A stretch of 64,000 bases of DNA from Eubacteriales bacterium (GTDB lineage: Bacteria > Bacillota > Clostridia > Oscillospirales > JAAYXM01). A model generated the notes under the pieces. It saw only the letters and a list, made by a program, of their open reading frames with translations. It had not been told where the DNA came from and made no database searches. This document shows positions 1 to 11,108 of this stretch, in pieces. Each line of letters begins with the position of its first letter. Positions within the stretch are counted from its first letter, which is position 1. The translations under genes and the position numbers were made by a program. The stretch lies in NCBI GenBank assembly GCA_045595365.1, contig JAZOAI010000005.1, positions 1,198 through 65,197 on the forward strand, in the 5' to 3' direction.

Positions 1-999
1 GGAGCAGCGGAGGCTGCGCAGGATGCCTATTTCGGAGGTTTTATCTCTCAGACCGGTGAGCCGGTTTTCTGGTTCTTCATCTTTTTAGGCGTTACTGCTC
101 TGATTGTTCTCGGCGGCGTAGAGAAGGGCATCGAGAGAGTAAGCAAAATTATGATGCCTGTTCTTGTAGTGCTTTCGCTCGGTATAGCCGTCTACTCGGT
201 ATGTATGCCGGGCGCAATAGAAGGTGTGAAATATTATATTCTGCCTGACTTCAGCAAGTTCTCTGCAACTACCGTTCTCGCAGCTATGGGGCAGCTCTTC
301 TACTCTATGTCGCTTGCTATGGGCATAATGATTACTTACGGCTCATATATGAAGAAGGACGTTAAGCTTGAGTCGTCTGTCACACAAATAGAGATATTTG
401 ACACTGGTATCGCATTTCTTGCAGGGCTTATGATTATTCCGGCAGTATTCGTATTCTCGGGCGGGACCCCTGAAGCTCTTGGTAAGGGCCCGAGCCTTAT
501 GTTCGTCACGCTCCCGAAGGTATTCGAATCTATGACAGGCGGAACGTTTGTAGGCATTGCATTTTTCTTGCTTGTGCTTTTTGCAGCACTTACATCATCT
601 ATTTCGCTGATGGAAACCGTCGTCTCCATAGTCTGCGATAAGTTCAAAGTAAAGAGGTCTGTTTCCTGCCTCATCGTTTTTGTATTTTCAGTGGCTTTGG
701 GCTTGCTCTCTACATTGGGCTATGGAATCTGGGCGGAGGTTAAAATCATAGGGCTTCAGTTCCTTGACTTCTTCGATTTTATCAGCAACAGCGTTATTAT
801 GCCGATAGTTGCTTTCTTTACCTGCCTCTTTGTAGGTTATGCAATAAAGCCGAAGTCAGTTATTGAAGAAGTTGAGCTTACGGGTGAGTTCAAGAGAAAA
901 GGACTGTTCACGATTGTTATTAAATATCTAGCTCCCATATGCATAGTCCTTATTCTCATTTCGTCGGTGCTTGACGCTTTCGGAATATTCAAAATTTAA
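1..999 (+). CDS. Sodium-dependent transporter, SNF/NSS family (5'-truncated by window)
   Basis: Frame open from base 1 (GGVEKGIERVSKIMMP, AMGQLFYSMSL, GPSLMFVTLP, FAALTSSISLME motifs), multiple TM segments. Confidence 0.9.
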   Translation, partial: GAAEAAQDAYFGGFISQTGEPVFWFFIFLGVTALIVLGGVEKGIERVSKIMMPVLVVLSLGIAVYSVCMPGAIEGVKYYILPDFSKFSATTVLAAMGQLFYSMSLAMGIMITYGSYMKKDVKLESSVTQIEIFDTGIAFLAGLMIIPAVFVFSGGTPEALGKGPSLMFVTLPKVFESMTGGTFVGIAFFLLVLFAALTSSISLMETVVSIVCDKFKVKRSVSCLIVFVFSVALGLLSTLGYGIWAEVKIIGLQFLDFFDFISNSVIMPIVAFFTCLFVGYAIKPKSVIEEVELTGEFKRKGLFTIVIKYLAPICIVLILISSVLDAFGIFKI

Positions 1000-1005
1000 C
1001 AAAAC

Positions 1006-1037
1006 AAAGCCAACGTTCCTTAAGGATGTTGGCTTTT
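1006..1037 (+). terminator. Rho-independent terminator
   Basis: aaagccaac..gttggcttt hairpin with T tail after transporter stop. Confidence 0.7.
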
Positions 1038-1059
1038 GAATTAAAATCAAAGAAAGTGC

Positions 1060-1088
1060 TTGACATCGGGGATTTTGGATGCTATAAT
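1060..1088 (+). promoter_or_regulatory. sigma-A promoter of rplU operon
   Basis: TTGACA-17 bp-TATAAT, perfect consensus with extended TG. Confidence 0.9.
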
Positions 1089-1090
1089 AT

Positions 1091-1150
1091 TAAGGCCGCA
1101 TTGAGTGGGTTTATAAGTTTGCGATGCAACACCTACAAGAGCGAGACTCT
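1091..1150 (+). ncRNA. L21 leader-like cis-regulatory RNA
   Basis: Leader between promoter and rplU; resembles the Firmicute L21 leader (ccgca...cacct...gcgag); position matches. Confidence 0.55.
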
Positions 1151-1176
1151 AAAAAATGAGAGAGAGGTGCAACAAC

Positions 1177-1485
1177 ATGCAGGCAATTTTCGTTACAGGC
1201 GGAAAGCAGTATAAGGTTTCCGAGGGCGATGTCATCTTCGTAGAGAAGCTTGATTTTGAAGGCGATACAGTTGAGTTTGACAACGTTCTCATGACAATCG
1301 ATGGCGAAAACGTCACAGTCGGAACTCCGAGCGTTGAAGGCGCAAAGGTTACTGCAAAGCTTATCAAGAACGGCAAGTCCAAGAAGATTATGGTCTTCAA
1401 GTTCAAGGCGAAGAAGAACTACCGTCGTCGCCAGGGACACCGCCAGCCGTACACAAAGCTTTCTATTGAAAAGATCAGCGTCTAA
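1177..1485 (+). CDS. rplU: 50S ribosomal protein L21
   Basis: [19 protein letters not shown] motifs; GAGG RBS. Confidence 0.98.
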   Translation: MQAIFVTGGKQYKVSEGDVIFVEKLDFEGDTVEFDNVLMTIDGENVTVGTPSVEGAKVTAKLIKNGKSKKIMVFKFKAKKNYRRRQGHRQPYTKLSIEKISV

Positions 1486-1488
1486 GCT

Positions 1489-1815
1489 ATGATCACAGTT
1501 AAGCTTATTAAAAGTGATGATTACATCATCGGGTTTGATGTATCGGGGCATTCCGGCTATGCCGAGAGCGGGAGCGATATAGTTTGCGCCGCAGTCTCAA
1601 GTGCGGTCGGACTTGCAGAAACGATAATAAACGATTCATTGAAGCTTTCAGCAGATGTTTCGGTGAAACCCGACGAGGCAACAGTGCATCTTGAGCTTTC
1701 CTCGGGGTGTGCCGATGCCGATGCGATACTCTCAGGTTTTGAGCGCCATATCCGTGCGCTTTCTGAGGAGTATCCGGAGTACATTAAAGTTTTGGAGGTG
1801 CAGTTAAATGCTTAA
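1489..1815 (+). CDS. prp: Ribosomal-processing cysteine protease Prp
   Basis: [15 protein letters not shown] motif, between rplU and rpmA. Confidence 0.95.
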   Translation: MITVKLIKSDDYIIGFDVSGHSGYAESGSDIVCAAVSSAVGLAETIINDSLKLSADVSVKPDEATVHLELSSGCADADAILSGFERHIRALSEEYPEYIKVLEVQLNA

Positions 1816-2092
1816 GATCAGTATTCAGTTTTTTGCACATAAAAAGGGTGTTGGTTCTACAAAGAATGGTCGTGACTCTGAGTCAAAGCGTCTCGGCGTT
1901 AAGCGTGCAGACGGTCAGTTCGTTCTTGCAGGCAACATTCTCGTTCGTCAGCGTGGAACAAAGATTCACCCGGGCACAAACGTAAAGCGCGGCTCTGATG
2001 ACACTTTGTTTGCAACTGCAGACGGTGTTGTTCGTTTCGAGCGTCTCGGAAAAGATAACAAGAAAGTTTCTATCTATCCGGTTGCTCAGTAA
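1808..2092 (+). CDS. rpmA: 50S ribosomal protein L27 with Prp-cleaved N-terminal extension
   Basis: [18 protein letters not shown]. Confidence 0.98.
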   Translation: MLKISIQFFAHKKGVGSTKNGRDSESKRLGVKRADGQFVLAGNILVRQRGTKIHPGTNVKRGSDDTLFATADGVVRFERLGKDNKKVSIYPVAQ

Positions 2093-2104
2093 GAAACAAA
2101 TTTG

Positions 2105-2140
2105 TGCGGGCAGGTTGTTTTGCGACCTGCCCGTATTATT
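2105..2140 (+). terminator. Hairpin after rpmA (terminator or attenuator)
   Basis: tgcgggcaggt..acctgcccgta stem. Confidence 0.5.
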
Positions 2141-2229
2141 TAAGCCGAGGAGGCCAAATCTTCCTCGACTTAAATAATACATCGTAAGTTACATATTATA
2201 TATTATGAAAAGTATGGGGGTGGCGTAAG

Positions 2230-3501
2230 ATGTTTGTAGACGTGGCAAATGCCAGATTTATTGCCGGCCGCGGGGGTGACGGCGCGGTTGCTTTTCACAG
2301 AGAAAAATATATTGCTGCAGGCGGCCCTGATGGCGGTGACGGCGGTGACGGCGGAAACGTTGTTTTAAAGGTTGATGACAATATGTCAACGCTTGTCGAA
2401 TTCCGCTATAAAACAAAATACAAAGCTGAGAACGGTTTTAACGGAAGCGGAAAACGCTGCTCAGGAAAAAGAGGAAAAGATATTGTTGTCCGCGTTCCGA
2501 GAGGGACTCTTGTTTATGATTCCGAAAGCGGCGCACTCGTCAAAGATATGTCAGACGACGAACCGTTTATAATTTGCAAAGGCGGCCGCGGCGGATGGGG
2601 GAATCAGCACTTTGCGACTCCGACACGCCAGGCTCCGCGTTTTGCGCGCCCAGGGCTTGAGGGGGAAGAACTTGAGGTAAGGCTTGAGCTCAAGCTTCTT
2701 GCTGATGTCGGGCTTGCGGGCTTTCCGAATGTGGGAAAGTCAACACTTCTGTCGGTAGTCTCTGCGGCGCGCCCTAAAATCGCAAATTATCATTTTACTA
2801 CAATCACGCCAAACCTCGGCGTTGTCCGTGTCGATGAAAGCTTCTCATATGTAATGGCAGATATCCCGGGAATAATAGAGGGTGCGAGCGAAGGCGCGGG
2901 GCTTGGGCATCGCTTTTTGCGCCATATTGACAGATGTCGCCTCATAGTTCATATGGTCGATGTTTCGGGCAGTGAGGGTAGAGACCCGATAGCCGACTTT
3001 GAAGCAATCAACGAAGAGCTTGAAAGATATAATCCGCTCCTCGCAAAACGCCCGCAGATTGTCGCGGCGAATAAGAGCGACCTCGTATATGACAGGGAAG
3101 CGGCAGATAAGTTTAAAAGCTATATAAGAAATCTCGGGCTTGAGTATTTTGAAATTTCGGCGGCGACTAACACAGGAGTTTCTGAGCTTATGAAGAAGGT
3201 TGCTGAAATTCTCTCAAAGCTCCCTCCGATAGAAGTGTACACGCCAAACTTTGTCCGCAAGGAAGAGGATATGACGAGCCACGACTTTACGATAACCCGT
3301 CTTGACGGCGATGTTTATATGGTAGAAGGAAGCTGGATAAAACGCGCTATGGGCTCCGTCAACTTCGACGATTACGAGTCGCGCATTTATTTTGAGCGTT
3401 TGCTTCGGAAGTATGGGGTGTATGATGCGCTTGAAGAGCGCGGTGCCAAAGAGGGCGACACCATAATAATCTATACAATGGAATTTGACTACGTTAAGTA
3501 G
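2230..3501 (+). CDS. obgE: GTPase ObgE/CgtA
   Basis: Gly-rich Obg domain, GFPNVGKS, DIPG, NKSD, C-terminal OCT domain. Confidence 0.98.
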   Translation: MFVDVANARFIAGRGGDGAVAFHREKYIAAGGPDGGDGGDGGNVVLKVDDNMSTLVEFRYKTKYKAENGFNGSGKRCSGKRGKDIVVRVPRGTLVYDSESGALVKDMSDDEPFIICKGGRGGWGNQHFATPTRQAPRFARPGLEGEELEVRLELKLLADVGLAGFPNVGKSTLLSVVSAARPKIANYHFTTITPNLGVVRVDESFSYVMADIPGIIEGASEGAGLGHRFLRHIDRCRLIVHMVDVSGSEGRDPIADFEAINEELERYNPLLAKRPQIVAANKSDLVYDREAADKFKSYIRNLGLEYFEISAATNTGVSELMKKVAEILSKLPPIEVYTPNFVRKEEDMTSHDFTITRLDGDVYMVEGSWIKRAMGSVNFDDYESRIYFERLLRKYGVYDALEERGAKEGDTIIIYTMEFDYVK

Positions 3502-3545
3502 AAAAAAGCCCGCCAAAAGCAAGTTTTGGCGGGCAAAAATTTTTT
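3502..3545 (+). terminator. Terminator after obgE
   Basis: gcccgccaaaa/ttttggcgggc stem. Confidence 0.75.
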
Positions 3546-3566
3546 CAAAAAAATGTAAAAAAATAC

Positions 3567-3595
3567 TTGACATTACACGTTTCTTACTGTAAAAT
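3567..3595 (+). promoter_or_regulatory. sigma-A promoter of S10 operon
   Basis: TTGACA-17 bp-TAAAAT with upstream A tract. Confidence 0.85.
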
Positions 3596-3600
3596 ATAAG

Positions 3601-3867
3601 AGCGTCTGTATGGGCGCACTATGCGATGAAACAGGAGATTGCTGCTGTAAGGCAGGTAACTTCTGTGGAGTATGTCCGACAATCGGGCGGCAGGAAAGAA
3701 TGTGCAAAAGGCTTTTGCCCTTGCGCAAAAGCGACTGCCGGAATTGGTGAAAACCCCTAAATACCAATCCGGTTTTTATAATGTCCGCAGATGAAACACG
3801 CGGATGAGTTGTGCAGGATTTCCGCCGCACGCAGAAAAAACTACGTGCGTTTAAGGAGGAAAAAACA
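3601..3867 (+). ncRNA. S10 (rpsJ) leader RNA
   Basis: ~265 nt structured 5' leader; gcgatgaa..gag.ttgc..ttc..tggag..tgtc pattern resembles Firmicute rpsJ leaders; several hairpins. Confidence 0.6.
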
Positions 3868-4185
3868 ATGGCAGCTATTTCTAAGGAAATGATTCGTGTC
3901 CGTCTCAAGGCGTATGACCATCAGCTCATCGACCAGGCGGCAGAGCGTATCGTCGAGACCGCAAAGCGCAACGGCGCAAAGGTTTCAGGCCCGATTCCGC
4001 TCCCGACTTCTAAGGAAGTCATCACTATTCTTCGCGCGGTGCACAAGTATAAGGACAGCCGTGAGCAGTTCGAGCGCCGCACACACAAGCGTTTGATTGA
4101 CATTTTAAAGCCGTCTGCAGAGGCTGTTAAGGCTCTTATGTCTCTCGACCTTCCGGCCGGCGTTGAAATCGAAATCAAACTGTAA
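3868..4185 (+). CDS. rpsJ: 30S ribosomal protein S10
   Basis: [24 protein letters not shown]; AAGGAGG RBS. Confidence 0.99.
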   Translation: MAAISKEMIRVRLKAYDHQLIDQAAERIVETAKRNGAKVSGPIPLPTSKEVITILRAVHKYKDSREQFERRTHKRLIDILKPSAEAVKALMSLDLPAGVEIEIKL

Positions 4186-4295
4186 ATCAGAAATGTACCA
4201 TAGCTCTTTCAGATGCGGCGAAAGGGGCGCATGCAGAGTGAAGAGCGGGTCAAGTTGGCGATGAGCCAACCAATAACCTTAAAGGAGGAAAATAT

Positions 4296-4928
4296 ATGCA
4301 AAAGGCAATCATCGGAAGAAAAGTCGGTATGACTCAGATTTTCGACGATGCAGGCAGGGTTGTTCCTGTCACAGTCATCGAAGCAGGTCCGTGTGCCGTT
4401 GTTCAGAAGAAGACTGTTGAAAAAGACGGTTATGACGCTGTTCAGCTCGGTTACGACGACATTGCTGAGAAGAAACTCACAAAGCCGGAAGCAGGCCACC
4501 TCAACAAGGCTGGCGTTTCCGCAAAGCGCGTACTCAAAGAGTTCAAGCTTGAAGGCACAGAGCTCAACGTAGGCGACGTTATCCGTGCTGATGTTTTCGC
4601 TGAGGGCGACGTTGTTGACGTCACAGGCGTAAGCAAGGGTAAGGGCACTGCAGGTACGGTCAAGCGTTTTGGCCAGCACATGCAGAACCACACACACGGT
4701 GTCGGCCCTGTTCACCGCAGCGCAGGTTCCATGGGTGCAAACACTGACCCGTCAAGGGTTATGCCGGGCACAAAGCTCCCGGGCCGCATGGGTGCTGAGC
4801 AGGTAACGGTTCAGAACCTCGACATTGTCAAGGTTGATGCCGAAACAAATATGATCGCAGTCCGCGGCGCAATCCCCGGCCCCAAGGGTGGGTTTGTGTT
4901 TATTCGCGACGCTGTCAAGAACGTCTAA
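4296..4928 (+). CDS. rplC: 50S ribosomal protein L3
   Basis: GRKVGMTQIF, SKGKG, operon order. Confidence 0.99.
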   Translation: MQKAIIGRKVGMTQIFDDAGRVVPVTVIEAGPCAVVQKKTVEKDGYDAVQLGYDDIAEKKLTKPEAGHLNKAGVSAKRVLKEFKLEGTELNVGDVIRADVFAEGDVVDVTGVSKGKGTAGTVKRFGQHMQNHTHGVGPVHRSAGSMGANTDPSRVMPGTKLPGRMGAEQVTVQNLDIVKVDAETNMIAVRGAIPGPKGGFVFIRDAVKNV

Positions 4929-4948
4929 GCGAAAGGAGTTAGAAAGCT

Positions 4949-5569
4949 ATGCCTAAGGCAACAGTTTATGATATGACCGGTAAGGCTGTAGGAGAGTTCG
5001 AGCTTTCCGAGGCAGTGTTCGGCATAGAGCCTAATGAGGTTGCTATGTTCGAGGCGGTCAAGAACCACCTCGCCAACTGCAGACAGGGCACGCAGAGTAC
5101 TCTTACTCGTGCTGAGGTTCGCGGTGGCGGCAGAAAGCCGTGGCGCCAGAAGGGAACAGGCCGTGCCCGTCAGGGTTCCATCCGTTCTCCGCAGTGGACA
5201 CACGGCGGAATTGCACTCGGCCCGAAGCCGCGTGACTATTCCTACCGTCTCAACAAGAAATATCGCCGTCTTGCTCTTAAGAGCGCGCTTTCCGCTAAAG
5301 CGGCAGCAGGCGAAGTTTTAGTTGTTGAAAACCTTAACCTTTCCGAGGTTAAGACAAAGTCGATGGCTGCATTCCTTAATGCGCTTGAGGCTAAGAAGGC
5401 TCTCGTTGTTACACCTGAGGTTTGTGAGAACGTTGTTAAGAGCGCTCGCAACATCCCGGGAGTTAAGACAACAACAGCTACAATAATCAATGTATATGAC
5501 ATCCTCAACCATGACAAGTTCATCGTTGACAAGTCAGCAGTAGAAAAGATTCAGGAGGTGTTCGCATAA
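4949..5569 (+). CDS. rplD: 50S ribosomal protein L4
   Basis: [15 protein letters not shown]. Confidence 0.99.
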   Translation: MPKATVYDMTGKAVGEFELSEAVFGIEPNEVAMFEAVKNHLANCRQGTQSTLTRAEVRGGGRKPWRQKGTGRARQGSIRSPQWTHGGIALGPKPRDYSYRLNKKYRRLALKSALSAKAAAGEVLVVENLNLSEVKTKSMAAFLNALEAKKALVVTPEVCENVVKSARNIPGVKTTTATIINVYDILNHDKFIVDKSAVEKIQEVFA

Positions 5570-5862
5570 TGAAATCACCTTATGATATCATAAAGCGCCC
5601 GATAATCACAGAGCAGTCAATGGAGCGCGTCGCCGATAAGGTTTACGTCTTTGAGGTTGATAAGACTGCGAACAAGATTGAGATTCGCCAGGCAATCGAG
5701 GAAATCTTCGGAGTTTCGGTTGCAAAGGTCAACACAATCAATGTTCTCGGCAAGGAAAAGAGAATGGGAGCACATGTCGGCTTCCGCCCCGATTATAAGA
5801 AAGCAATCGTTACTCTCAAGGCTGACAGCAAGACGATTGAGTTCTTTGAGGGAATGGTGTAA
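5569..5862 (+). CDS. rplW: 50S ribosomal protein L23
   Basis: [15 protein letters not shown]. Confidence 0.99.
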   Translation: MKSPYDIIKRPIITEQSMERVADKVYVFEVDKTANKIEIRQAIEEIFGVSVAKVNTINVLGKEKRMGAHVGFRPDYKKAIVTLKADSKTIEFFEGMV

Positions 5863-5913
5863 AAGCTGCGTAAAGCAGATTGACACCCAACACCATAAAG
5901 GAGGAAAAGAACA

Positions 5914-6747
5914 ATGGCTGTAAAAACGTTTAAACCGACGACTCCGTCAAGACGTAATATGACCGTTACAGACTATCAGGTCTTAAGTAACGTTAAGCCG
6001 GAAAAGAGCTTGCTTGAAAATCTCAGCAAGAACTCCGGCCGCAATAGCTACGGCAGAATCACCGTTCGTCATCGTGGCGGCGGCAACAAGCGCAAGTACA
6101 GAATTATAGACTTCAAGCGTGATAAGATGGATATTCCGGCAGAGGTTCTTACTCTCGAGTATGACCCGAACCGCGGAGCATTCATTTCTCTCGTTCGTTA
6201 CGAAGACGGTGAGAAGCGCTACATCATCGCACCGCATGACCTCAAGGTCGGCGACACGATTATCTCAAGTGCATCGGCTGACATCAAGCCGGGGAACGCA
6301 CTCCCGATAATCAATATCCCGGTTGGTACAATCATCCACAACATCGAGCTTAACCCGGGGCGCGGCGCTCAGTTTGTTCGCGGCGCAGGCAACGCGGCAC
6401 AGCTCATGGCTAAGGAAGACGGTATGGCTCTCGTAAGACTTCCGTCAGGCGAGCTTCGCAAGTTCCGCCTCAACTGCATGGCTACCATCGGTCAGGTTTC
6501 AAACCTCGACCATGAAAACATCCAGATTGGTAAGGCAGGGCGCAAGCGCCATATGGGCATCCGCCCGACAGTTCGTGGTTCTGTTATGAACCCGTGTGAC
6601 CACCCGCACGGCGGCGGTGAGGGCAAGAGCCCGATCGGACGTCCGGGTCCTGTTACCCCCTGGGGTAAGCCGACTCTCGGTTACAAGACCCGCAAGAAGA
6701 AGAACTTGTCCGATAAGTTCATCGTAAAGCGTCGCGGCGCGAAATAA
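5914..6747 (+). CDS. rplB: 50S ribosomal protein L2
   Basis: [19 protein letters not shown]. Confidence 0.99.
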   Translation: MAVKTFKPTTPSRRNMTVTDYQVLSNVKPEKSLLENLSKNSGRNSYGRITVRHRGGGNKRKYRIIDFKRDKMDIPAEVLTLEYDPNRGAFISLVRYEDGEKRYIIAPHDLKVGDTIISSASADIKPGNALPIINIPVGTIIHNIELNPGRGAQFVRGAGNAAQLMAKEDGMALVRLPSGELRKFRLNCMATIGQVSNLDHENIQIGKAGRKRHMGIRPTVRGSVMNPCDHPHGGGEGKSPIGRPGPVTPWGKPTLGYKTRKKKNLSDKFIVKRRGAK

Positions 6748-6759
6748 GGAGGCTAAAAA

Positions 6760-7038
6760 ATGAGCAGAAGTACAAAAAAAGGCCCCTTCGTTGCCCCGGA
6801 ATTGATGAAGAGGGTTTTAGAGATGAACGAAAAGGGAGAAAAGAACGTTCTCAAGACATGGTCAAGAGCGTCTACAATCTTCCCGCAGTTTGTCGGTCAT
6901 ACATTTGCCGTACACGACGGCAGAAAGCATGTTCCGGTCTATGTCACGGAGGATATGGTCGGTCATAAGCTCGGAGAATTTGCTCCGACTAGAACGTTCA
7001 AGGGTCACTCCGGCAGCAAGACCTCGAACACGAAGTAA
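6760..7038 (+). CDS. rpsS: 30S ribosomal protein S19
   Basis: [20 protein letters not shown]. Confidence 0.99.
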   Translation: MSRSTKKGPFVAPELMKRVLEMNEKGEKNVLKTWSRASTIFPQFVGHTFAVHDGRKHVPVYVTEDMVGHKLGEFAPTRTFKGHSGSKTSNTK

Positions 7039-7055
7039 GACAGGAGGAATCAGTG

Positions 7056-7391
7056 ATGGAAGCAACAGCAATTTTACGCTATGTACGCATTTCCCCGAGA
7101 AAGGTTAAGATAGTTGCTGACCTTATCCGTGGAAAGAGCATAGCGGAAGCCAACGCGATTTTGGCGCATACGCCCAAAGCCGCTTCCGAGCCGATCTTGA
7201 AGCTCCTTAAGAGCGCAGTTTCCAATGCGGAAGCCAATCACAGCATGAACGTTGAGAACCTCTACGTTTCTCAAATCTTTGCATGCCCCGGCCCGATTCT
7301 CAAGAGAATTATGCCGCGCGCGCAGGGCAGAGCTTTCAGAATCAACAAGAGAACCTCTCACATTACATTAGCTGTGGCTGAGAAGGATTAG
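7056..7391 (+). CDS. rplV: 50S ribosomal protein L22
   Basis: RISPRKV, PRAQGRA, KRTSHIT. Confidence 0.99.
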   Translation: MEATAILRYVRISPRKVKIVADLIRGKSIAEANAILAHTPKAASEPILKLLKSAVSNAEANHSMNVENLYVSQIFACPGPILKRIMPRAQGRAFRINKRTSHITLAVAEKD

Positions 7392-7408
7392 GTCAAGGAG
7401 GTAAGTTT

Positions 7409-8206
7409 ATGGGACAGAAAGTAAATCCCCACGGTCTTCGTGTGGGCGTTATAAAGAACTGGGATTCCCGTTGGTATGCTCGCGACGAAAAAGTCGGCGA
7501 TCTCATCGTGGAAGACTACAAGATTCGTGAATATCTCAAAAATTTACTCTACAAAGCAGGCGTTCCCTGCATAGAGATTGAGCGTGACAGCAAGAAGGTC
7601 AGAATCATGATTCACTGCAAGAGCCCCGGAATCGTAATCGGTCGCGGCGGTTCTGAAATCGAGAAGCTCCGCCTCTCGGTTGAGAAGATGATCGGAAAGC
7701 CGGTAGCACTCAACATTATTGAGATAAAGAACCCTGATGTCAACGCACAGCTCGTAGCTGAGAACATTGCAGAGCAGCTTGAGAAGAGAATCTCTTTCCG
7801 CCGCGCAATGAAGCAGTCAATGGGCCGCGCAATGCGCATGGGTGCAAAGGGCATCAAGATTTCAGTTTCCGGCCGTCTCGGCGGTGCTGAAATCGCAAGA
7901 TCAGAACATTATCATGAGGGTATGATTCCGCTTCAGACACTTCGCGCTGACATCGACTACGGCTTTGCAGAAGCAAAGACAACATACGGTCGTATCGGCG
8001 TAAAGGTATGGGTATATAAGGGCGAAATTCTCCGCACAGGCGAGCGCGGACCGAGAACAATCGAGATTCCGAAGCCGCATGAAGAGCGTCGTGAGCGCCG
8101 CGACCGTCGCAATGGCGACCGCCGTCCGGCAAACGGCCAGCGCAGAGAAGGCCGCGCCCCGTCTGACAGAGGAAATGCTCCTCGTAGGGAAGGAGGCGGC
8201 AAGTAA
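7409..8206 (+). CDS. rpsC: 30S ribosomal protein S3 (Arg-rich C-terminal tail)
   Basis: [21 protein letters not shown]. Confidence 0.99.
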   Translation: MGQKVNPHGLRVGVIKNWDSRWYARDEKVGDLIVEDYKIREYLKNLLYKAGVPCIEIERDSKKVRIMIHCKSPGIVIGRGGSEIEKLRLSVEKMIGKPVALNIIEIKNPDVNAQLVAENIAEQLEKRISFRRAMKQSMGRAMRMGAKGIKISVSGRLGGAEIARSEHYHEGMIPLQTLRADIDYGFAEAKTTYGRIGVKVWVYKGEILRTGERGPRTIEIPKPHEERRERRDRRNGDRRPANGQRREGRAPSDRGNAPRREGGGK

Positions 8207-8640
8207 TGCTTCTGCCTAAGAGAGTAAAATACCGCAGAGTACACCGTGGCCGTTTAAAGGGAAAGGCTACTCGCGGAAACACAGTAACATACGGTGAGTT
8301 TGGCTTGATGGCTACTGAGCCGGCATGGATCAAGAGCAATCAGATAGAAGCCGCCCGTATCGCTATGACACGTTACATTAAGCGTGGCGGACAGGTTTGG
8401 ATCAAGATTTTCCCTGATAAGCCTGTCACAGAGAAGCCTGCTGAAACACGAATGGGTTCCGGTAAAGGTTCACCTGAATATTGGGTAGCCGTTGTTAAGC
8501 CGGGCCGCGTAATGTTCGAAATCGGCGGCGTTTCAGAGGAGCTTGCACGTGAGGCGCTTCGTCTTGCATCACATAAGCTTCCGGTTAAGTGTAAGTTTGT
8601 AAAGAAAGACGATAATCTCGAGACTGGTGGTGACAATTAA
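8206..8640 (+). CDS. rplP: 50S ribosomal protein L16
   Basis: [10 protein letters not shown]. Confidence 0.99.
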   Translation: MLLPKRVKYRRVHRGRLKGKATRGNTVTYGEFGLMATEPAWIKSNQIEAARIAMTRYIKRGGQVWIKIFPDKPVTEKPAETRMGSGKGSPEYWVAVVKPGRVMFEIGGVSEELAREALRLASHKLPVKCKFVKKDDNLETGGDN

Positions 8641-8834
8641 TGAAGGCAAAAGAGATACGTGATATGTCCCGCGACGAGATGGTCACAAAGCTTGAAGAGC
8701 TCAAGAAGGATCTCTTCAACCTCAGATTCCAGCACGCTACAAATCAGCTGGATAACCCCATCAAAATTGTCGCCGTGAAGAGAGATATTGCCCGAATCAA
8801 TACCATTATCCGTGAGAAGGAAATCTCTCAGTAA
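8640..8834 (+). CDS. rpmC: 50S ribosomal protein L29
   Basis: LFNLRFQHATNQL, KRDIARINT. Confidence 0.98.
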   Translation: MKAKEIRDMSRDEMVTKLEELKKDLFNLRFQHATNQLDNPIKIVAVKRDIARINTIIREKEISQ

Positions 8835-8881
8835 TTTGAAAAGCCGCAAAAGCGGTATAGATGAGGAGGTTTGCAAAAGCA

Positions 8882-9139
8882 ATGAGTGAAAGAGCTTTCC
8901 GCAAAACACGAGTAGGAAAAGTTGTTTCTGACAAGATGGACAAGACTTGCGTCGTTGCTATCGAGGACAGAGTTCAGCATCCGCTCTATAAGAAAATCAT
9001 AAAAAGAACATTGAAGCTTAAGGTACACGACGAGAACAACGAGTGTGCAATAGGCGATAGAATCAAGATTATGGAGACACGTCCGCTTTCAAAGGATAAG
9101 AGATGGCGTTTAGTTGAGATAATCGAGAAAGCACAGTAA
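8882..9139 (+). CDS. rpsQ: 30S ribosomal protein S17
   Basis: [22 protein letters not shown]. Confidence 0.99.
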   Translation: MSERAFRKTRVGKVVSDKMDKTCVVAIEDRVQHPLYKKIIKRTLKLKVHDENNECAIGDRIKIMETRPLSKDKRWRLVEIIEKAQ

Positions 9140-9153
9140 GGAGGTAGGGAACT

Positions 9154-9522
9154 GTGGTACAACAGGAAACCATACTCAAAGTTGCGGATAACACAGGCGC
9201 TAAAGAGATTAAATGCATTCGCGTTCTCGGCGGCTCCATGCGTAGATACGGTAACATCGGTGATGTTATAGTAGCTTCCGTACGTAAAGCAAATCCGGGC
9301 GGTGTTGTCAAAAAGGGTGAGGTTGTCCGCGCAGTAATCGTGCGTTCTGCTAAGGGCGTGCGTCGTGCAGACGGCACATACATCCGCTTTGACGAGAACG
9401 CTGCGGTTATTATCAAAGAGGATAAAAACCCGAGAGGAACTCGTATTTTTGGCCCGGTCGCAAGAGAGCTTCGTGACAAAGACTACATGAAGATCTTGTC
9501 GCTCGCGCCGGAAGTCCTTTAA
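9154..9522 (+). CDS. rplN: 50S ribosomal protein L14 (GTG start)
   Basis: [19 protein letters not shown]. Confidence 0.99.
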   Translation: MVQQETILKVADNTGAKEIKCIRVLGGSMRRYGNIGDVIVASVRKANPGGVVKKGEVVRAVIVRSAKGVRRADGTYIRFDENAAVIIKEDKNPRGTRIFGPVARELRDKDYMKILSLAPEVL

Positions 9523-9538
9523 TGGAGGAATCCAGAAG

Positions 9539-9859
9539 ATGAATAGTTTAAATGTTAAGAAGGGCGACACAGTAGTCGTCTTAGCCGGTAAAGATAAGGG
9601 CAAGCGCGGCAAGGTTATGTCAGCTAACCCCACAAAGGGTCGTGTTATTGTTGAAGGAGTCAATATGGCTACCGTTCACGTAAGCGCTCAGAAGAGTGGC
9701 GGTAAGGATTCAGGCATAATCCGCCGTGAAGCATCAATTGACGTTTCAAACGTTATGCGTGTTTGCCCGAAATGCAATGAGCCGACCCGTCTCGGACACA
9801 AGTTCCTTGACGACGGTTCCAAGGTCTCCGTCTGCAAGAAGTGCGGCGAGACAATATAA
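9539..9859 (+). CDS. rplX: 50S ribosomal protein L24
   Basis: KKGDTVVVLAGKDKGK KOW motif. Confidence 0.99.
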   Translation: MNSLNVKKGDTVVVLAGKDKGKRGKVMSANPTKGRVIVEGVNMATVHVSAQKSGGKDSGIIRREASIDVSNVMRVCPKCNEPTRLGHKFLDDGSKVSVCKKCGETI

Positions 9860-9874
9860 GAGAGGAGACGTAAG

Positions 9875-10417
9875 ATGTCAAGATTACACGATTTATACAA
9901 GGCTTCTGTTGCTCCGGCTCTTATGAAGAAGTTCTCCTACAAGAGCCCGATGCAGATTCCGAAGATTGACAAAATCATCGTCAACGTAGGCTGCGGTGAA
10001 GCTCGTGACAATTCAAAAGTTCTTGATGCTGTTATTTCTGATATTTCAGCAATCACAGGTCAGAAGGCAACTGTTACAAAGGCGAAAAAGTCAGTTGCTA
10101 ACTTCAAAGTCCGTGAAGGTATGCCGATAGGCGCAAAGGTTACTCTCCGTGCAGAGCGCATGTGGGAATTCCTTGACAGGCTTATCAACGTAGCTCTCCC
10201 GCGTGTTCGTGACTTCCGTGGAATCAACCCGAATGCTTTCGACGGTCGCGGAAACTACGCTCTCGGTCTTCGTGAGCAGCTCATTTTCCCGGAAATTGAG
10301 TATGACAAAATAGACAAAATCCGCGGAATGGACATAGTAATATGCACAACCGCAAAGACAGACGAAGAAGCACGTGAGCTCCTTTCGCTCATCGGCGCTC
10401 CGTTCGCCAAGAATTAG
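9875..10417 (+). CDS. rplE: 50S ribosomal protein L5
   Basis: [17 protein letters not shown]. Confidence 0.99.
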   Translation: MSRLHDLYKASVAPALMKKFSYKSPMQIPKIDKIIVNVGCGEARDNSKVLDAVISDISAITGQKATVTKAKKSVANFKVREGMPIGAKVTLRAERMWEFLDRLINVALPRVRDFRGINPNAFDGRGNYALGLREQLIFPEIEYDKIDKIRGMDIVICTTAKTDEEARELLSLIGAPFAKN

Positions 10418-10431
10418 GAGGGTAAGGACTT

Positions 10432-10617
10432 ATGGCAAAGAAAGCAATGATTCTTAAGCAGCAGAATGAGCCCAAATTCTCTACCCGTTATTACAACAGG
10501 TGCAAGATCTGCGGCAGACCGCATGCATATCTCCGCGATTTCGGCATTTGCCGTATCTGCTTTAGAGAGCTTGCATACAAGGGTCAGATTCCGGGCGTTA
10601 AGAAAGCCAGCTGGTAA
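10432..10617 (+). CDS. rpsN: 30S ribosomal protein S14 type Z (Zn-binding)
   Basis: 61 aa, RCKICGR..CRIC. Confidence 0.99.
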   Translation: MAKKAMILKQQNEPKFSTRYYNRCKICGRPHAYLRDFGICRICFRELAYKGQIPGVKKASW

Positions 10618-10698
10618 AAATCAGATACAGCACAAGAAAGTAATGGGCTAACACATAGCTCGGATTAAATTTTGACTTCTCTAAAGGAGGTAAGACAA

Positions 10699-11094
10699 AT
10701 GCAAATAACAGATCCTATCGCGGATATGTTAACCCGCATCAGAAATGCTAACGCGGCTCGTCATGCAACAGTTGATGTTCCCGCGTCTAACATGAAGAAG
10801 GCTATCGCCGAGATTCTTCTCGACGAAGGCTACATCAAGAATTATCAAGTTATTCCGGATGGCGGACAGGGTACAATTAAGATCACTCTTAAGTACAACG
10901 ATAAAGAGCAGGTTATCAAAGGTCTTCGTCGTGTCTCCAAGCCCGGACTTCGCGTCTACGTCGGAGCTGAAGATTTGCCCCGTGTTCTCAAAGGGCTCGG
11001 CATCGCAATCATTTCAACTTCCAAGGGCGTTATGACGGATAAGAAGGCAAGAGCCGCAAACATCGGCGGTGAAGTCCTTGCATTTATCTGGTAA
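10699..11094 (+). CDS. rpsH: 30S ribosomal protein S8
   Basis: [21 protein letters not shown]. Confidence 0.99.
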   Translation: MQITDPIADMLTRIRNANAARHATVDVPASNMKKAIAEILLDEGYIKNYQVIPDGGQGTIKITLKYNDKEQVIKGLRRVSKPGLRVYVGAEDLPRVLKGLGIAIISTSKGVMTDKKARAANIGGEVLAFIW

Positions 11095-11108
11095 GGAGGA
11101 ACCGAATA

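Noticed and set aside
1489-2092. Prp protease and extended L27 as a novelty
   Set aside because: Well-described Firmicute system.
8040-8206. Arg-rich repetitive tail of S3
   Set aside because: A common low-complexity C-terminal extension of RpsC.
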